From positions 6,190 to 70,189 of IMG/VR virus record IMGVR_UViG_3300025570_000011: a stretch of DNA of 64,000 nucleotides. The stretch is one strand, 5' to 3'. The position numbers and the translations under genes are program-made. The DNA comes from a virus (lineage: Duplodnaviria > Caudoviricetes). The number at the start of each line of letters is the position of its first letter. The stretch's first letter is position 1. Below the pieces are notes generated by a model that did not search any database, had not been told where the DNA came from, and was given only the letters and a program-made list of their open reading frames with translations. Positions 15,317-26,361 of the stretch are shown piece by piece.

Positions 15317-16029
15317 TGTCGCTACGATCTTTATTATCAAAACCAATTAGAGGTACTACTTTTAATCATTTGCCTACTTCAATTGGTTATGACGATTTGG
15401 TTTGCGAAACTAAAACATCTGGTAGAAAATATATAACTCCAGAAGGCACGGCATATCCAAGTATTACAACCGTTCTCGGTTCCTTAAGTAAAGAAGGAAT
15501 CGAAGCTTGGAAGAAACGAGTAGGCGAAGAAGAAGCTAATCGAATTTGTCAACATGCTTGCACTCGAGGAACTGCAATGCATGAAGCTATTGAGCAATAT
15601 CTTAATAACGAAGAAGATTGGTTTGCGCCAAATGAAATGCCAAACGTTAAAGCATTGTTTAATGCGGTTCGTCCAGTTCTTGATGAAAGAGTAACTAATA
15701 TATATTTACAGGAAGGCGCTCTTTATTCTGATCATTTAAAACTTGCGGGTCGTGTTGATTGTATCGCTGAGTTTGATGGCAAGCTTTCAATCATTGATTT
15801 TAAAACCGCGAGGCAAGCTAAAAAGAAAGAATATATTACTAGTTACTTCATGCAAGCATCTGCTTACGCTATTATGTTTGAAGAACGAACCGGAATCCCC
15901 GTAACACAAACAGTTATTCTAATGGCAGTTGATGACTCGCCCACACCAATCGTGTTTAAAGAAAAACGCGATAACTATACAAAACAATTAATTGAAACTA
16001 TACAAAACTATTATGATACAACCCGATAA
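15316..16029 (+). CDS. PD-(D/E)xK exonuclease (Cas4/lambda-exonuclease-like)
   Basis: YPSITTVL, RGTAMH, AGRVDCI, IIDFKT, YFMQASAY. Confidence 0.85.
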   Translation: MSLRSLLSKPIRGTTFNHLPTSIGYDDLVCETKTSGRKYITPEGTAYPSITTVLGSLSKEGIEAWKKRVGEEEANRICQHACTRGTAMHEAIEQYLNNEEDWFAPNEMPNVKALFNAVRPVLDERVTNIYLQEGALYSDHLKLAGRVDCIAEFDGKLSIIDFKTARQAKKKEYITSYFMQASAYAIMFEERTGIPVTQTVILMAVDDSPTPIVFKEKRDNYTKQLIETIQNYYDTTR

Positions 16030-16678
16030 CAATAAAAGAAATGAGAGTGAGCCGTCGTTAAAAGATATGATGGTCCAAAGACGCAACGATCCATTTGTTA
16101 CTGACTATGGTACAATTTCTGATTTTTATATTTCATCTCAGATCGGACCAGCCTCAGATTATATTGATTGGTTTCAACGAATTCGTGCAGCACGTGAATC
16201 TGATATTATTCGCTTTCATATTAATTGCCCAGGTGGGGATTTGTTTACAACGATTCAATTTATGCAAGTTCTTTCAGAGACTAAAGCAACAGTTGTTATG
16301 TGTGTTGAAGGCGCATGTATGTCAGCTGCGACTCTTCTATTTTTAATGGGTGATGAGTTTACAGTAACCGATCATAGTGTGTTTCTTTTCCATAACTATT
16401 CAGGTGGAGTTGTTGGAAAGGGCGCAGAAATTTATCACGGCGTAATGCATGAAAGAAAGTGGACTGAGAAACTACTAAGGCACGCATATGAAGGGTTTCT
16501 AACTACAAATGAAATTTCACAGCTTGTCGAAGATAAAGATGTTTGGATGGATGCCGAAACTGTTATTGCTAGGTTAAAAGAAAAAGAAACAATGGGCGAA
16601 GTTAAGCCTATTAAGACTAAAAAGAAAACTACTAAAAAGAAAACCACTAAAAGAAAAACTATTAAAAAGAAATCATAA
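16013..16678 (+). CDS. ClpP-like serine protease with Lys-rich tail
   Basis: INCPGG, CMSAAT (Ser), FLFHN (His), KDVWM (Asp); start moved to ATG 16013. Confidence 0.8.
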   Translation: MIQPDNNKRNESEPSLKDMMVQRRNDPFVTDYGTISDFYISSQIGPASDYIDWFQRIRAARESDIIRFHINCPGGDLFTTIQFMQVLSETKATVVMCVEGACMSAATLLFLMGDEFTVTDHSVFLFHNYSGGVVGKGAEIYHGVMHERKWTEKLLRHAYEGFLTTNEISQLVEDKDVWMDAETVIARLKEKETMGEVKPIKTKKKTTKKKTTKRKTIKKKS

Positions 16679-16944
16679 TGAAACAAACAAATATAAATCA
16701 ACCAGATTACCACTTTAAACGTCGCTTAGCTTTTGGTATATTAAATGAAGTTGGCGAGGAAGAGTTAGATGAATTTCAAAAAGAAATAATGATTGATGTC
16801 TCAGCTGAATATGAATTCATTAAAAATAAAACCAGTAGTTTATCAAAAATGCAACGCGATCAAATTGAACAAGCATATGTTGGTATTCAAAACACTTTAG
16901 CTAATAAAGCCAAAGCAGATATAAAATCAAAGGAAGAAGAGTAA
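16678..16944 (+). CDS. Hypothetical protein
   Basis: ORF track; coupled TAATG junctions. Confidence 0.6.
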   Translation: MKQTNINQPDYHFKRRLAFGILNEVGEEELDEFQKEIMIDVSAEYEFIKNKTSSLSKMQRDQIEQAYVGIQNTLANKAKADIKSKEEE

Positions 16945-17171
16945 TGAAAACTTTAATATTAGCAACAAGTAAATTTTGCGGTCCTTGTAAACTTTTAAAA
17001 AGTGAGTTTGAAAAGAAAGGTATCGATATAGAATATAAAGATTCTATTGAAGATGTAAACTTTTTTATTGAAAATAAAATTAAAAGTGTGCCGACATTAG
17101 TGTTAATAAACGGTGATAAAATTATTGGAGCTGAAGCTATTATGAAAAGTTTGAAGGAACATTATATTTGA
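16944..17171 (+). CDS. Thioredoxin/glutaredoxin-like protein
   Basis: CGPC active site and SVPTL cis-Pro motif. Confidence 0.85.
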   Translation: MKTLILATSKFCGPCKLLKSEFEKKGIDIEYKDSIEDVNFFIENKIKSVPTLVLINGDKIIGAEAIMKSLKEHYI

Positions 17172-17220
17172 TAAATAATATTATATCAAAGGTGACGTTG
17201 ATATATTAATTCACTTATAA

Positions 17221-17228
17221 TATAAATA
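17221..17228 (+). promoter_or_regulatory. Late promoter TATAAATA
   Basis: Immediately upstream of the structural gene at 17234. Confidence 0.7.
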
Positions 17229-17233
17229 ATACT

Positions 17234-20200
17234 ATGTCAACCAATATCGATTTGCATGCCGACAAAGGCAGCACTTTTTCTGTAGCCGTCAATGTTGAAA
17301 ACAAAGACGGCTCTGCTTTTGATTGTACCGGCTACAATGTTAGAGGACAAGTTAGGAAAACTTATAAATCCGAATATGGAGTAAACCTTTCATGTGATTA
17401 TATTGATCAAGCTGATGGTCTTATAGGTTTATCATTGACCTCAGAAGAAACCGCTGCTATGAAGGCCGGGCGGTATTATTATGATGCTGAGATTTTCAGT
17501 GACAGCGGCACAGTAATTAGAGTTTTAGAAGGTATCTTCGAAGTTAGCCCACGTGTTATTAGTGAGACTTCGGACTTGGGGCTGGGCGATAATACCGATC
17601 CAGTACCCGATTCGCATGCACTTAGGAGAGACAATCCTCATCAAGTTGCTCCCGATCAAATTGGACTAGGCAACGTAGATAATACAGCCGACGCAACCAA
17701 ACCCGTATCTGGACCAACTCAAACTGCTTTAAATTTAAAAGCAGATCAATCAACTACATATACTAAAACAGAAGTTGATACAAAAGTTACTAATTTAATT
17801 GATTCCGCGCCCGGTGCATTAAATACTCTTAATGAATTGGCTGAGGCTCTTGGCGATGACGAGAATTTTGCATCTACTGTCAACTCGGCTATTGCTAGTA
17901 ATTCAAGTGGAATAACAGCTTTAAACAGTCATGCCTTAAGTAAAACCAATCCGCATGATGTTTCTTTAGAACAGTTAATTGATGTTGATTTTCTTTCAAA
18001 TCCGCCGGCGCAGGGCCAAGGTATTCTCTATGATACAGATTCTCAAACATGGGTAGCTGCAGATATTGAGGGTGGTACAGGAACAGGTGGCCCAGTAGAA
18101 TTAACTGACCAAACTCATTCTATATATGTTTCTAAGACTGGTAATAATATTAACCAGGGTTTAAATATTGATGATGCAAAATTAACAATAACCAGTGCTG
18201 TGAATGCAGCGCAAACTTTAATAGCTGAACCAGGGTTTGTAGGAAGTGTAAGAATTGATGTTTTAGATGGTGGCAGATACTTTGAAGGAAATGTAAACAT
18301 TTCAGATAACATTCACGTGTTTGCGCCAACATCAACATTTATTGGAAACCTTACTATTGGTAATAATTCATCCTGTGTTATTGATACTCATTATGCCGAC
18401 ACAAACACACCTGGCTCCACTTTAGTTAATTTTGTTAATGCAACAAATTCTTACTATACTGCTAATACTTTAGATATGCGAGGTGAAGCCGGTTCACAAA
18501 CCGGTGGCATTGGTATTAGGTCTGAACAGAGTATTAACAGGTGTAAAGTAAATATTGGCGAGATTTATATTCCAACTGACGCAAAAGGATATCAAAGTGA
18601 TGAAGACGGTAATTTAACTTTTGGCAGAGTAAATCTTACAGGCGATAACTCATTCGCGTTTTACTTATTTGGCTTAGATGGAAATGCAAAAACTGATATA
18701 ACATGCGGGGAAATTATTGCATCTCCAATAGGCAGTAATACTATGGCCGTTTACTGTAATACTGATAATTCAAAAACAACTTTAATATGTGGCCAGATAG
18801 ATGTAGCTAAAGTTTATTCTATACCAAAGGCAACAGCTGAACTTTATATAATTTGCCCTAAAATTAGTGGTGATAGAACTCAAAATATTATTGGAGTTGT
18901 AAAAGAAATTTCAGATATTACTTTTGATTTAAAAGCAGATCAAACCGCGTTGACCGCACACGTTTCTGATGCAACCAATCCTCATACCGTAACTGCTACT
19001 CAAGTTGGTTTAGGCAACGTAGATAATACGGCCGATTCAACCAAACCCGTATCTGGACCAACACAAACTGCTTTAAGTTTAAAGGCAAATTCATCTGATT
19101 TATCTAATCACGTTTCTGATTCAACTAATCCTCATACCGTAACTGCTACTCAAGTTGGACTTGGTAACGTAGATAATACATCTGATATTAATAAACCAGT
19201 TAGTACAGCAACACAAACTGCTTTAAATTCAAAGGCCAATTCATCTGATTTATCTAATCACGTTTCTGATTCAACTAATCCTCATACCGTAACTGCTACT
19301 CAAGTTGGACTTGGTAACGTAGATAATACATCTGATGCAACCAAACCCGTATCTGTACCAACTCAAACTGCTTTAAATTTAAAGGCAAATTCATCTGATT
19401 TATCTAATCACGTTTCTGATTCAACTAATCCTCATACCGTAACTGCTACTCAAGTTGGTTTAGGAAATGTTAATAATACATCTGATATTAATAAACCAGT
19501 TAGTACAGCAACTCAAACTGCTTTAAATTTAAAAGCAGATCAATTAACTACATATACTAAAACAGAAGTTGATGCTGCTATAGGTGATGTGGGTGGAGGT
19601 GATTTAACCGCTGATGTTACATCTGATGTTAATGTTGGAAGTATTTCAACGGCTGATGTTGTTACAAGCGGCACGACTTTGCAAGAGTTTGTAGAGCAGT
19701 TATTGAAACAAACATATTTTCCAACTTTCGTAAACCCCTCTGCATCCCTTACTGATAATCTAGCCTCATCAGTAGAAGCTGGTACAACGGGAATTAATCT
19801 ATCGGCCGGCTTTAATGCAGGCGCAATTAACGGAGCTCTCACTGATAATATTTGGGATCCAGGCCTAAAGCAAGCAAACAGAGCCGGGGCAGCAAACTCA
19901 TACGAATTTAGTGGAACTTCTATAATTACAACAACACAGGGCGGATCTACTTTAAGTCAACCTGCTGTTGTAATTACAGATGGTGCTAATACTTTTAATG
20001 TTTCTATTGATTACGCAGAAGGCCCGCAACCACTTGACAGCGTGGGCAGCAATTATTTAAGCCCACTGCCAGCTGGAAGCGTGGTGAAGTCGCTAACCGT
20101 AAATGGAAGACGAAGAGCTTTTTATGGAACTAACCTCAGTGATAATACTAGTGCTGGTATAAGAGCTTTATCTAATAGTGTTTTAAACCCAGGGAATGGC

Positions 20201-20449
20201 TCGTCTTTCACAATTAACATTCCTGCTGGTGCAGTAAGTGTTAATTTCTCTTACCCAAATACTCTTCGAAATGTTACTAGTGTTCTTTATGCAGAAGGTC
20301 TTAATGCAGATGTTAAGGGATCTTTTGGATCACCCACTCTGGTTGATGTAGAAGGAGCCAATGGATTTAGCGCCATATCTTATAAAGTATATTCATTCAC
20401 ACCACCTTCACCATTTGAAGCTAGCGCAACTTACACTGTAACAATTTAA
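17234..20449 (+). CDS. Virion structural / tail-fibre protein with 50-aa repeats
   Basis: N-terminal adaptor domain (KGSTFS...TGYNVRGQVRK...GRYYYD...RVLEG), NPHTVTATQVGLGNVDNT..KPVS repeats, APGALNTLNELAEAL fibre motif. Confidence 0.8.
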   Translation: MSTNIDLHADKGSTFSVAVNVENKDGSAFDCTGYNVRGQVRKTYKSEYGVNLSCDYIDQADGLIGLSLTSEETAAMKAGRYYYDAEIFSDSGTVIRVLEGIFEVSPRVISETSDLGLGDNTDPVPDSHALRRDNPHQVAPDQIGLGNVDNTADATKPVSGPTQTALNLKADQSTTYTKTEVDTKVTNLIDSAPGALNTLNELAEALGDDENFASTVNSAIASNSSGITALNSHALSKTNPHDVSLEQLIDVDFLSNPPAQGQGILYDTDSQTWVAADIEGGTGTGGPVELTDQTHSIYVSKTGNNINQGLNIDDAKLTITSAVNAAQTLIAEPGFVGSVRIDVLDGGRYFEGNVNISDNIHVFAPTSTFIGNLTIGNNSSCVIDTHYADTNTPGSTLVNFVNATNSYYTANTLDMRGEAGSQTGGIGIRSEQSINRCKVNIGEIYIPTDAKGYQSDEDGNLTFGRVNLTGDNSFAFYLFGLDGNAKTDITCGEIIASPIGSNTMAVYCNTDNSKTTLICGQIDVAKVYSIPKATAELYIICPKISGDRTQNIIGVVKEISDITFDLKADQTALTAHVSDATNPHTVTATQVGLGNVDNTADSTKPVSGPTQTALSLKANSSDLSNHVSDSTNPHTVTATQVGLGNVDNTSDINKPVSTATQTALNSKANSSDLSNHVSDSTNPHTVTATQVGLGNVDNTSDATKPVSVPTQTALNLKANSSDLSNHVSDSTNPHTVTATQVGLGNVNNTSDINKPVSTATQTALNLKADQLTTYTKTEVDAAIGDVGGGDLTADVTSDVNVGSISTADVVTSGTTLQEFVEQLLKQTYFPTFVNPSASLTDNLASSVEAGTTGINLSAGFNAGAINGALTDNIWDPGLKQANRAGAANSYEFSGTSIITTTQGGSTLSQPAVVITDGANTFNVSIDYAEGPQPLDSVGSNYLSPLPAGSVVKSLTVNGRRRAFYGTNLSDNTSAGIRALSNSVLNPGNGSSFTINIPAGAVSVNFSYPNTLRNVTSVLYAEGLNADVKGSFGSPTLVDVEGANGFSAISYKVYSFTPPSPFEASATYTVTI
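18955..19555 (+). repeat. 150-bp in-frame tandem repeat x4
   Basis: CGTTTCTGAT anchors at 18961, 19111, 19261, 19411; a further copy near 17630-17780. Confidence 0.9.
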
Positions 20450-20457
20450 TATAAATA
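20450..20457 (+). promoter_or_regulatory. Late promoter TATAAATA
   Basis: Upstream of ATG 20463. Confidence 0.7.
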
Positions 20458-20462
20458 GTAAT

Positions 20463-23400
20463 ATGGCATCCATAGAATTTCCTCTTTCATTCACACGACA
20501 ATTTGTCGGGCCACTTGATACATCATCAGTATATGATTCATTAATAGATCTTCAAGACTATGTTAATAATAATCCTATTGCATATCTTGGTCAAGTTCTT
20601 AGTATAGCCAGTGGTGATGACGCTGGCATTTACATCGTTGGTGATGATGGCGCTGGCGGTTTTAATGTTGAAAAATATAGTAACGAAACAGATCTTAGTT
20701 CTAAAGCTAATTCATCTGATTTAACAACTCACATTAATGATTCAACTAATCCTCATAGCGTAACTGCTGCTCAAGTTGGTTTAGGTAGCGTAGAAAATAC
20801 CGCTTTATCAACCTGGCCTGGAAGCGGTGCAATTACTACAGTGGGAACACTTGGTAGTTTAACTGTATCTGGCCAAACTACATTTACTAACAATTTCCCG
20901 TTCTTACCTTCTGGTACTCCAACAGACTCAAATCATGCAGTACCTAAAAGTTACGTTGATACTTTATCAGAGGGTTTACATACACACGATCAAGTTCATG
21001 CTTTAGCGCTCAGTGAATTAAGCGGTTTAATTGATGGAAATGCTGGGCCTTCTACAGTGAGTTATGATAATGGAACCAATGGCGTTGGTGCCACACTTAC
21101 TATTGTTTCTGCCGGTGAATTTAACTTTTTATCACCAATCGTATGGGACAATGACCCTGATATTTTACTTACAAATAGAGTATTGGTTATTAATCAGGGA
21201 AATGCTTTTGAGAATGGAATATATGAGATAACATCATCCACCGTTTTAACTAGAGCGAGTGACTTTGATACCCCAGCAGAAATGGCAGGTGGTGATTTTG
21301 TATTTGTTACTCACGGCGATACTTACAATAATACTGGGTGGGTTCTTTCTGAACCTGTTAATACAGTTGGAACTGACGAAGTTCACTTCATTCAATTCTC
21401 TGGTGCAGGTTCATTTATTGGCGGGCATGGTATTACAATCAATGGTAACGAAGTTTCTATTCCAAAGAACGAATTAATAGAACTTCAAGATCTAACTATA
21501 TCCGGTGATTTTAAATTAATAAGCGATCCATTACCACCGGCAAATTATATATTAACAACTGATGCCGCTGGTATTGGTACATGGCAAGAACCGTTTCAAT
21601 CGACTCTTAATTCAGTCACAACAAACGGAGCAACTACCCTCAACGATATTAGTGTAGGCAGGATTGTAACATTACATCCAACTAATCCAGTCAACGACAA
21701 CATAGCCTCTGGTAATAGCAGTGCGTCTATTGGAGGAGTTGCAAATGTAGTAAGCGGGAATGGCTCAGTCAGTTATGGAGGTATCGGCCAAGAAGTTAAA
21801 GGGCTAGAGTCTTCGGCAATAGGTGGAATAAACACAATTCTAAACACTAGATACACCTCTGCTATTGGAGGAACTGGTAGTGTGGTTGGTTTAGGAACGT
21901 CGCTAATAAATGATATAGATGCACAAAATTCGATTGCATTAGGGGGCAACGGTAATATAATTGAATCCGCACAAGCAGCGGCAACAGTAGGTGGAGACAC
22001 AAATAGGATTTTAACAACTCATCACAGATCCGTTATTTTAGGAGGTCAAAACATTATAACAGATGCTGCGGATACTGCATACGTTCCCAATTTAAATGTC
22101 GGCGCAGGATTCAAAATGCCAACAGGCGCAATTGATACCTACGTGCTGACCACTGATGCATTTGGTGTGGGCACATGGCAAGAAGCGGCGGGAGGCGCTG
22201 TATCGGATTTAGAGTATTCAGGTGATTGGGATAGTGCCACGAACCCCGCTTCTGCTACTACGGCACCAAGTAAAAATGCTGTATATGATAAGATTGAATT
22301 ATTAGTAGCTGCTAGCACAGGTACAACAGATTTAAGTATTGGTAATGTAACTGCGGCTTCTTTAGATATACAATCTAACACAGGAAGCAATGCGACAATT
22401 CCAGCAGCAACAACATTATCTGCTGGATTATTAACAAACGCTCAATTTGATAAGTTGGACAACATTACTGTAACAAGTCCGATTAATCTTGATACCTTAA
22501 CATCTAACATACAATCAAATTTATCCTATACATCAAGTGCAACAGACGGAGTTATAACAAATAGTGATGGAAGCGGTTTTATAATTCCTGCGGCAACATC
22601 AGTAGCTGACACTAACATCGCTGGATTATTAACTCCAACTCAATTTGATAAATTAGATTTAATTAGTATTGTTACTGATCCGGTTGATCTTAATGCTTTA
22701 TCGAGCGATCTTAATACTTTATCGGGCGATCTTACTACTTTATCAACCGGCGTTTCAACAATTACGGGGCGGGTTGATACTTTAGAAACAGACGTTAGTG
22801 CAATAACATCTAACGTATCGACAGATTTAGGTATTGGTACTCATAATGATATATCATTACAGATAACGAGTAGCGATGGAGACAATGCGACAATTCCTTT
22901 AGCAACAGCAACATCACCTGGCACTAACCTTGCTGGATTATTAAGCCCAACGCAATTTGATAAGTTGGACAACATTACAGTTGCATCGCCCGTTAATCTT
23001 GATACCTTATCATCCACGGTTGGCGGAATAACATCTAACATATCGACAGATTTAGGTATTGGTACTCATAATGCAACATCTTTACAGATAACGAGTAGCG
23101 ATGGAAACAATGTAACACTTCCTGCAGCGGATACCAACCTTGCTGGATTATTAACGAACGCTCAATTTGATAAGTTGGGTAACATTACAGTTGCATCGCC
23201 AGTTAATCTTGATACCTTATCATCCACCGTTGATGGAATAACATCTAACATACAATCAAATTTATCCTATACATCAAGTGCAACAGACGGAGTTATAACA
23301 AATAGTGATGGAAGCGGTTTTATAATTCCTTTAGCAACAGCAGTGGAGGATACCAACATTGCTGGATTATTAAGCCCAACTCAATTTAATAAATTAAATT

Positions 23401-26351
23401 TAATTAGTATTGTTACTGATTCGGTTGATCTTAATGCTTTATCAACCACCGTTGATGGAATAACATCTAACATATCAACAGATTTAGGTATTGGTACTCA
23501 TAATGCAACATCTTTACAAATAACAAGCAGCGATGGAAACGACGTAACACTTCCTGCAGCAACGGCGTCAACTGGCACTAACCTTGCTGGATTATTAAGC
23601 CCAACTCAATTTGATAAATTAGATTTAATTAGTGTAACAAACACAATTGACCTTGATAACATTGTTGGGTCTGGTGACATAACAACAGATGATGCATGGC
23701 TAGATCCTGGAGACTTGATTGTTGGCTCTGGAATAAGCACGGCAACAATATTACCCAGAGGAAACGCAAATTATCTATATACGACAGATGCTGGAGATGT
23801 AGAATGGAGGTCGGCTATAAATGGAATTGGTAAGAATGGCACAGTTCCATTTTCGTCCCGTAGCAGTATTAACCTCATAGAAGGAACTAACATAAGCCTA
23901 GGATTTGCCGATAATCCTCTTGCAGATAGTGTAGATGTTACTATATCTGCTACTGGAGGAGGAGTTACAGATTTAGGTATTGGTACTCATAATGATGTAT
24001 CTTTACAAATAACAAGCAGCGATGGAAATGATGCGACACTTCCTTTAGCAACAGCGGCAACCGGTACTAACCTCGCTGGATTATTAAGCCCAACACAATT
24101 TGATAAGTTGGGCAACATTACTGTAACAGGTCCGATTGACCTTGACAATCTCCCAACCGGTAGCGGTGATATGTTAAAGGCTGATTATGACCCAAATAAT
24201 ACAGCTGAAGATATCTATGATATTCGGTGGATGGTAGAGCACACAGACCCCTTGGCAACACCCAATAGAATTTTTACTAAATTAGAAAGAGACAAAGTTA
24301 ATAATCTTTGGGTTGGAATTAATGAATTGGCCGCCACCGTAGCGCCAGTTGTTACTAATGACTCATCCCAAGGTTATTCGGTTGGTTCACTTTGGATAGA
24401 CATCACTTCTGGAGAAGTATATAGGTGCGTTGATAATACCGTTGGAGCCGCGGTATGGGCCGAAACTTCACTATCAGGGCTAGCGCCAGTTGCTACTAGT
24501 GGCAGTGCTACTGACTTAACTGTTGGAACTCTTTCAATTGATAGGATTGGTGATTTATCAATAACAAGCGGTAAGCTAGATGGTACTATTACTACTTCGT
24601 TAGAAAAAGCCGATACCGCATTACAACTGGCGTCTATAGGAATTAATGTCCAAGGGTGGTCTTCGGTATTATCTGCAACCACAGCTAGTTTCTTAGTAGC
24701 AGATAAAGATAAACTTGACAACATTATATTTGATGATCCTCGGGATCCTGATATTCCAATTAACCTTGATACATTATTAAGTAACGTTACAACGAACAAT
24801 AGTAAAGTATCTGCTGATGGTAGTGTAACAACGCATTCTGATATTAACGATGCGGGTTCTGGTAGTATCATTACTTTAAATGAAAGAGAGAAACTTTCAT
24901 TAATCGCGTTTAATGCGGGACAAACTGCTCCTGATGATACTATAAATTTAACTGATTTAGCATCAGCCGTTGCTGTTAATACGACAAAAGTATCTAATAT
25001 ACCATCAAATTTATCCTATACATCAAGTGCAATACAAGGCGTTATAGTTAATTCTGATGGAAACGATGCTGTAATTCCTTTAGCAACAGCGTCAACTGGC
25101 ACTAACATCGCTGGATTATTAACTCCAACTCAATTTGATAAATTAGGTAACATTACAATAAATCAGGCCGTTGATCTAGACGATCTAGAGACTAGGGTTA
25201 ATAATATCGATGCTTCCGTTGTTCTAAAAGGAATTTGGGATCCTAATAGTGGAAGTTTCCCAGCAAGTACCTTAGCAGGATTTAGTTACATCGTTGAAGC
25301 TGATGGAACAGTTGATAATATAACATTCAATGTTAATGACAGACTTATAGCATTAGTTGATGCTGCTTCAACTACTACTTATAGTCCTGATTGGTATAAA
25401 GCTGACTATACAGACCAAGTTTTATCGGTTAATAGTTTAACTGGAACCGTTGTTTTAAATACAGATAATATAAGTGATGCCGGCACCAATAAGTATGTAA
25501 CTGCTGATGATGTTACTAAGTTGTTCAACATTACTGTAACAAGTCCGATTAACCTTGATACATTATTAAGTAACGTTACAGTGAACAATGATAAAGTTTC
25601 TAACGTATCGACAGATTTATCCTATACACCAAGTGCAATACAAGGCGTTATAGTTAGTTCTGATGGAAACAATGCTATAATTCCTGCGGCGGATACCAGC
25701 AATGCTGGATTATTAAGCCCAGCTCAATTTGATAAGTTGGGTAACATTACAGTTGCATCGCCCGTTAATCTTAACGATGTAATAGCAGCCCAAATAATTA
25801 ACAATTCAAAGGAAGGAAACGCTACACACACTGGAGAAGTTACTGGCAATCTTGATCTGACGCTGCAGCCTACGGCGATAAGTAATAGAGGCACAGTGAC
25901 TGCATTAGCTAATAATGACTTTATTTTGATTGGTGATACAGATGATAATAGCAGTCTTAAGAAAACAACCGCTCAATCTATTGCAGATTTGGCAACTCAA
26001 ACTCCTGGTTTAAATACAGATGTTCAAACTATAACTTCTAGTGCAAATGCTGTTTCCTTTGATACTTCTAACGGGTGTAATGCTAGAATTATATTAACAG
26101 AAGATGTTTTATCGCTAGCAATAACTAAAGGCGGCGGAGCTTTAGATAATGGAGATACTGGAATTATATTCATAAAGCAAAATAACACAGGTGGCCACAC
26201 ATTTGCAGTTTCCACTCCTTCTACAATTAGAGTATATTCTGGTGACTTGGCCAAGATCCCAGATATAACGATAAATAGTGTTGGCTCGGCTACTATCGGG
26301 TATGCATTTGATAGCGGCGAATTACATTTATATGTAAGTGAAACAACTTAA
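20463..26351 (+). CDS. Very large tail-fibre/structural protein (1962 aa)
   Basis: Mosaic of fibre modules; many AGLL(S/T)P.QFDKL repeats; ENGIY...LTRASDFD module; Gly/Asn beta-helix-like stretch. Confidence 0.8.
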   Translation: MASIEFPLSFTRQFVGPLDTSSVYDSLIDLQDYVNNNPIAYLGQVLSIASGDDAGIYIVGDDGAGGFNVEKYSNETDLSSKANSSDLTTHINDSTNPHSVTAAQVGLGSVENTALSTWPGSGAITTVGTLGSLTVSGQTTFTNNFPFLPSGTPTDSNHAVPKSYVDTLSEGLHTHDQVHALALSELSGLIDGNAGPSTVSYDNGTNGVGATLTIVSAGEFNFLSPIVWDNDPDILLTNRVLVINQGNAFENGIYEITSSTVLTRASDFDTPAEMAGGDFVFVTHGDTYNNTGWVLSEPVNTVGTDEVHFIQFSGAGSFIGGHGITINGNEVSIPKNELIELQDLTISGDFKLISDPLPPANYILTTDAAGIGTWQEPFQSTLNSVTTNGATTLNDISVGRIVTLHPTNPVNDNIASGNSSASIGGVANVVSGNGSVSYGGIGQEVKGLESSAIGGINTILNTRYTSAIGGTGSVVGLGTSLINDIDAQNSIALGGNGNIIESAQAAATVGGDTNRILTTHHRSVILGGQNIITDAADTAYVPNLNVGAGFKMPTGAIDTYVLTTDAFGVGTWQEAAGGAVSDLEYSGDWDSATNPASATTAPSKNAVYDKIELLVAASTGTTDLSIGNVTAASLDIQSNTGSNATIPAATTLSAGLLTNAQFDKLDNITVTSPINLDTLTSNIQSNLSYTSSATDGVITNSDGSGFIIPAATSVADTNIAGLLTPTQFDKLDLISIVTDPVDLNALSSDLNTLSGDLTTLSTGVSTITGRVDTLETDVSAITSNVSTDLGIGTHNDISLQITSSDGDNATIPLATATSPGTNLAGLLSPTQFDKLDNITVASPVNLDTLSSTVGGITSNISTDLGIGTHNATSLQITSSDGNNVTLPAADTNLAGLLTNAQFDKLGNITVASPVNLDTLSSTVDGITSNIQSNLSYTSSATDGVITNSDGSGFIIPLATAVEDTNIAGLLSPTQFNKLNLISIVTDSVDLNALSTTVDGITSNISTDLGIGTHNATSLQITSSDGNDVTLPAATASTGTNLAGLLSPTQFDKLDLISVTNTIDLDNIVGSGDITTDDAWLDPGDLIVGSGISTATILPRGNANYLYTTDAGDVEWRSAINGIGKNGTVPFSSRSSINLIEGTNISLGFADNPLADSVDVTISATGGGVTDLGIGTHNDVSLQITSSDGNDATLPLATAATGTNLAGLLSPTQFDKLGNITVTGPIDLDNLPTGSGDMLKADYDPNNTAEDIYDIRWMVEHTDPLATPNRIFTKLERDKVNNLWVGINELAATVAPVVTNDSSQGYSVGSLWIDITSGEVYRCVDNTVGAAVWAETSLSGLAPVATSGSATDLTVGTLSIDRIGDLSITSGKLDGTITTSLEKADTALQLASIGINVQGWSSVLSATTASFLVADKDKLDNIIFDDPRDPDIPINLDTLLSNVTTNNSKVSADGSVTTHSDINDAGSGSIITLNEREKLSLIAFNAGQTAPDDTINLTDLASAVAVNTTKVSNIPSNLSYTSSAIQGVIVNSDGNDAVIPLATASTGTNIAGLLTPTQFDKLGNITINQAVDLDDLETRVNNIDASVVLKGIWDPNSGSFPASTLAGFSYIVEADGTVDNITFNVNDRLIALVDAASTTTYSPDWYKADYTDQVLSVNSLTGTVVLNTDNISDAGTNKYVTADDVTKLFNITVTSPINLDTLLSNVTVNNDKVSNVSTDLSYTPSAIQGVIVSSDGNNAIIPAADTSNAGLLSPAQFDKLGNITVASPVNLNDVIAAQIINNSKEGNATHTGEVTGNLDLTLQPTAISNRGTVTALANNDFILIGDTDDNSSLKKTTAQSIADLATQTPGLNTDVQTITSSANAVSFDTSNGCNARIILTEDVLSLAITKGGGALDNGDTGIIFIKQNNTGGHTFAVSTPSTIRVYSGDLAKIPDITINSVGSATIGYAFDSGELHLYVSETT
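22320..25780 (+). repeat. Dispersed in-frame repeats (..SSDGN.ATIP.AT...NLAGLLSPTQFDKL..I.V..PV.LD)
   Basis: About nine degenerate copies visible in DNA (GCTGGATTATTAA...CAATTTGATAA) and protein. Confidence 0.85.
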
Positions 26352-26361
26352 AATAAAAATA

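Noticed and set aside
15316-16029. Cas4 as evidence for a CRISPR-Cas system
   Set aside because: Ordinary T4-like PD-(D/E)xK exonuclease in a replication cluster; no other cas genes or array
18955-19555. Regular repeats as a possible CRISPR array
   Set aside because: Units are 150 bp, in frame, without unique spacers; they are protein repeats (same for 34693-34938 and 22320-25780)
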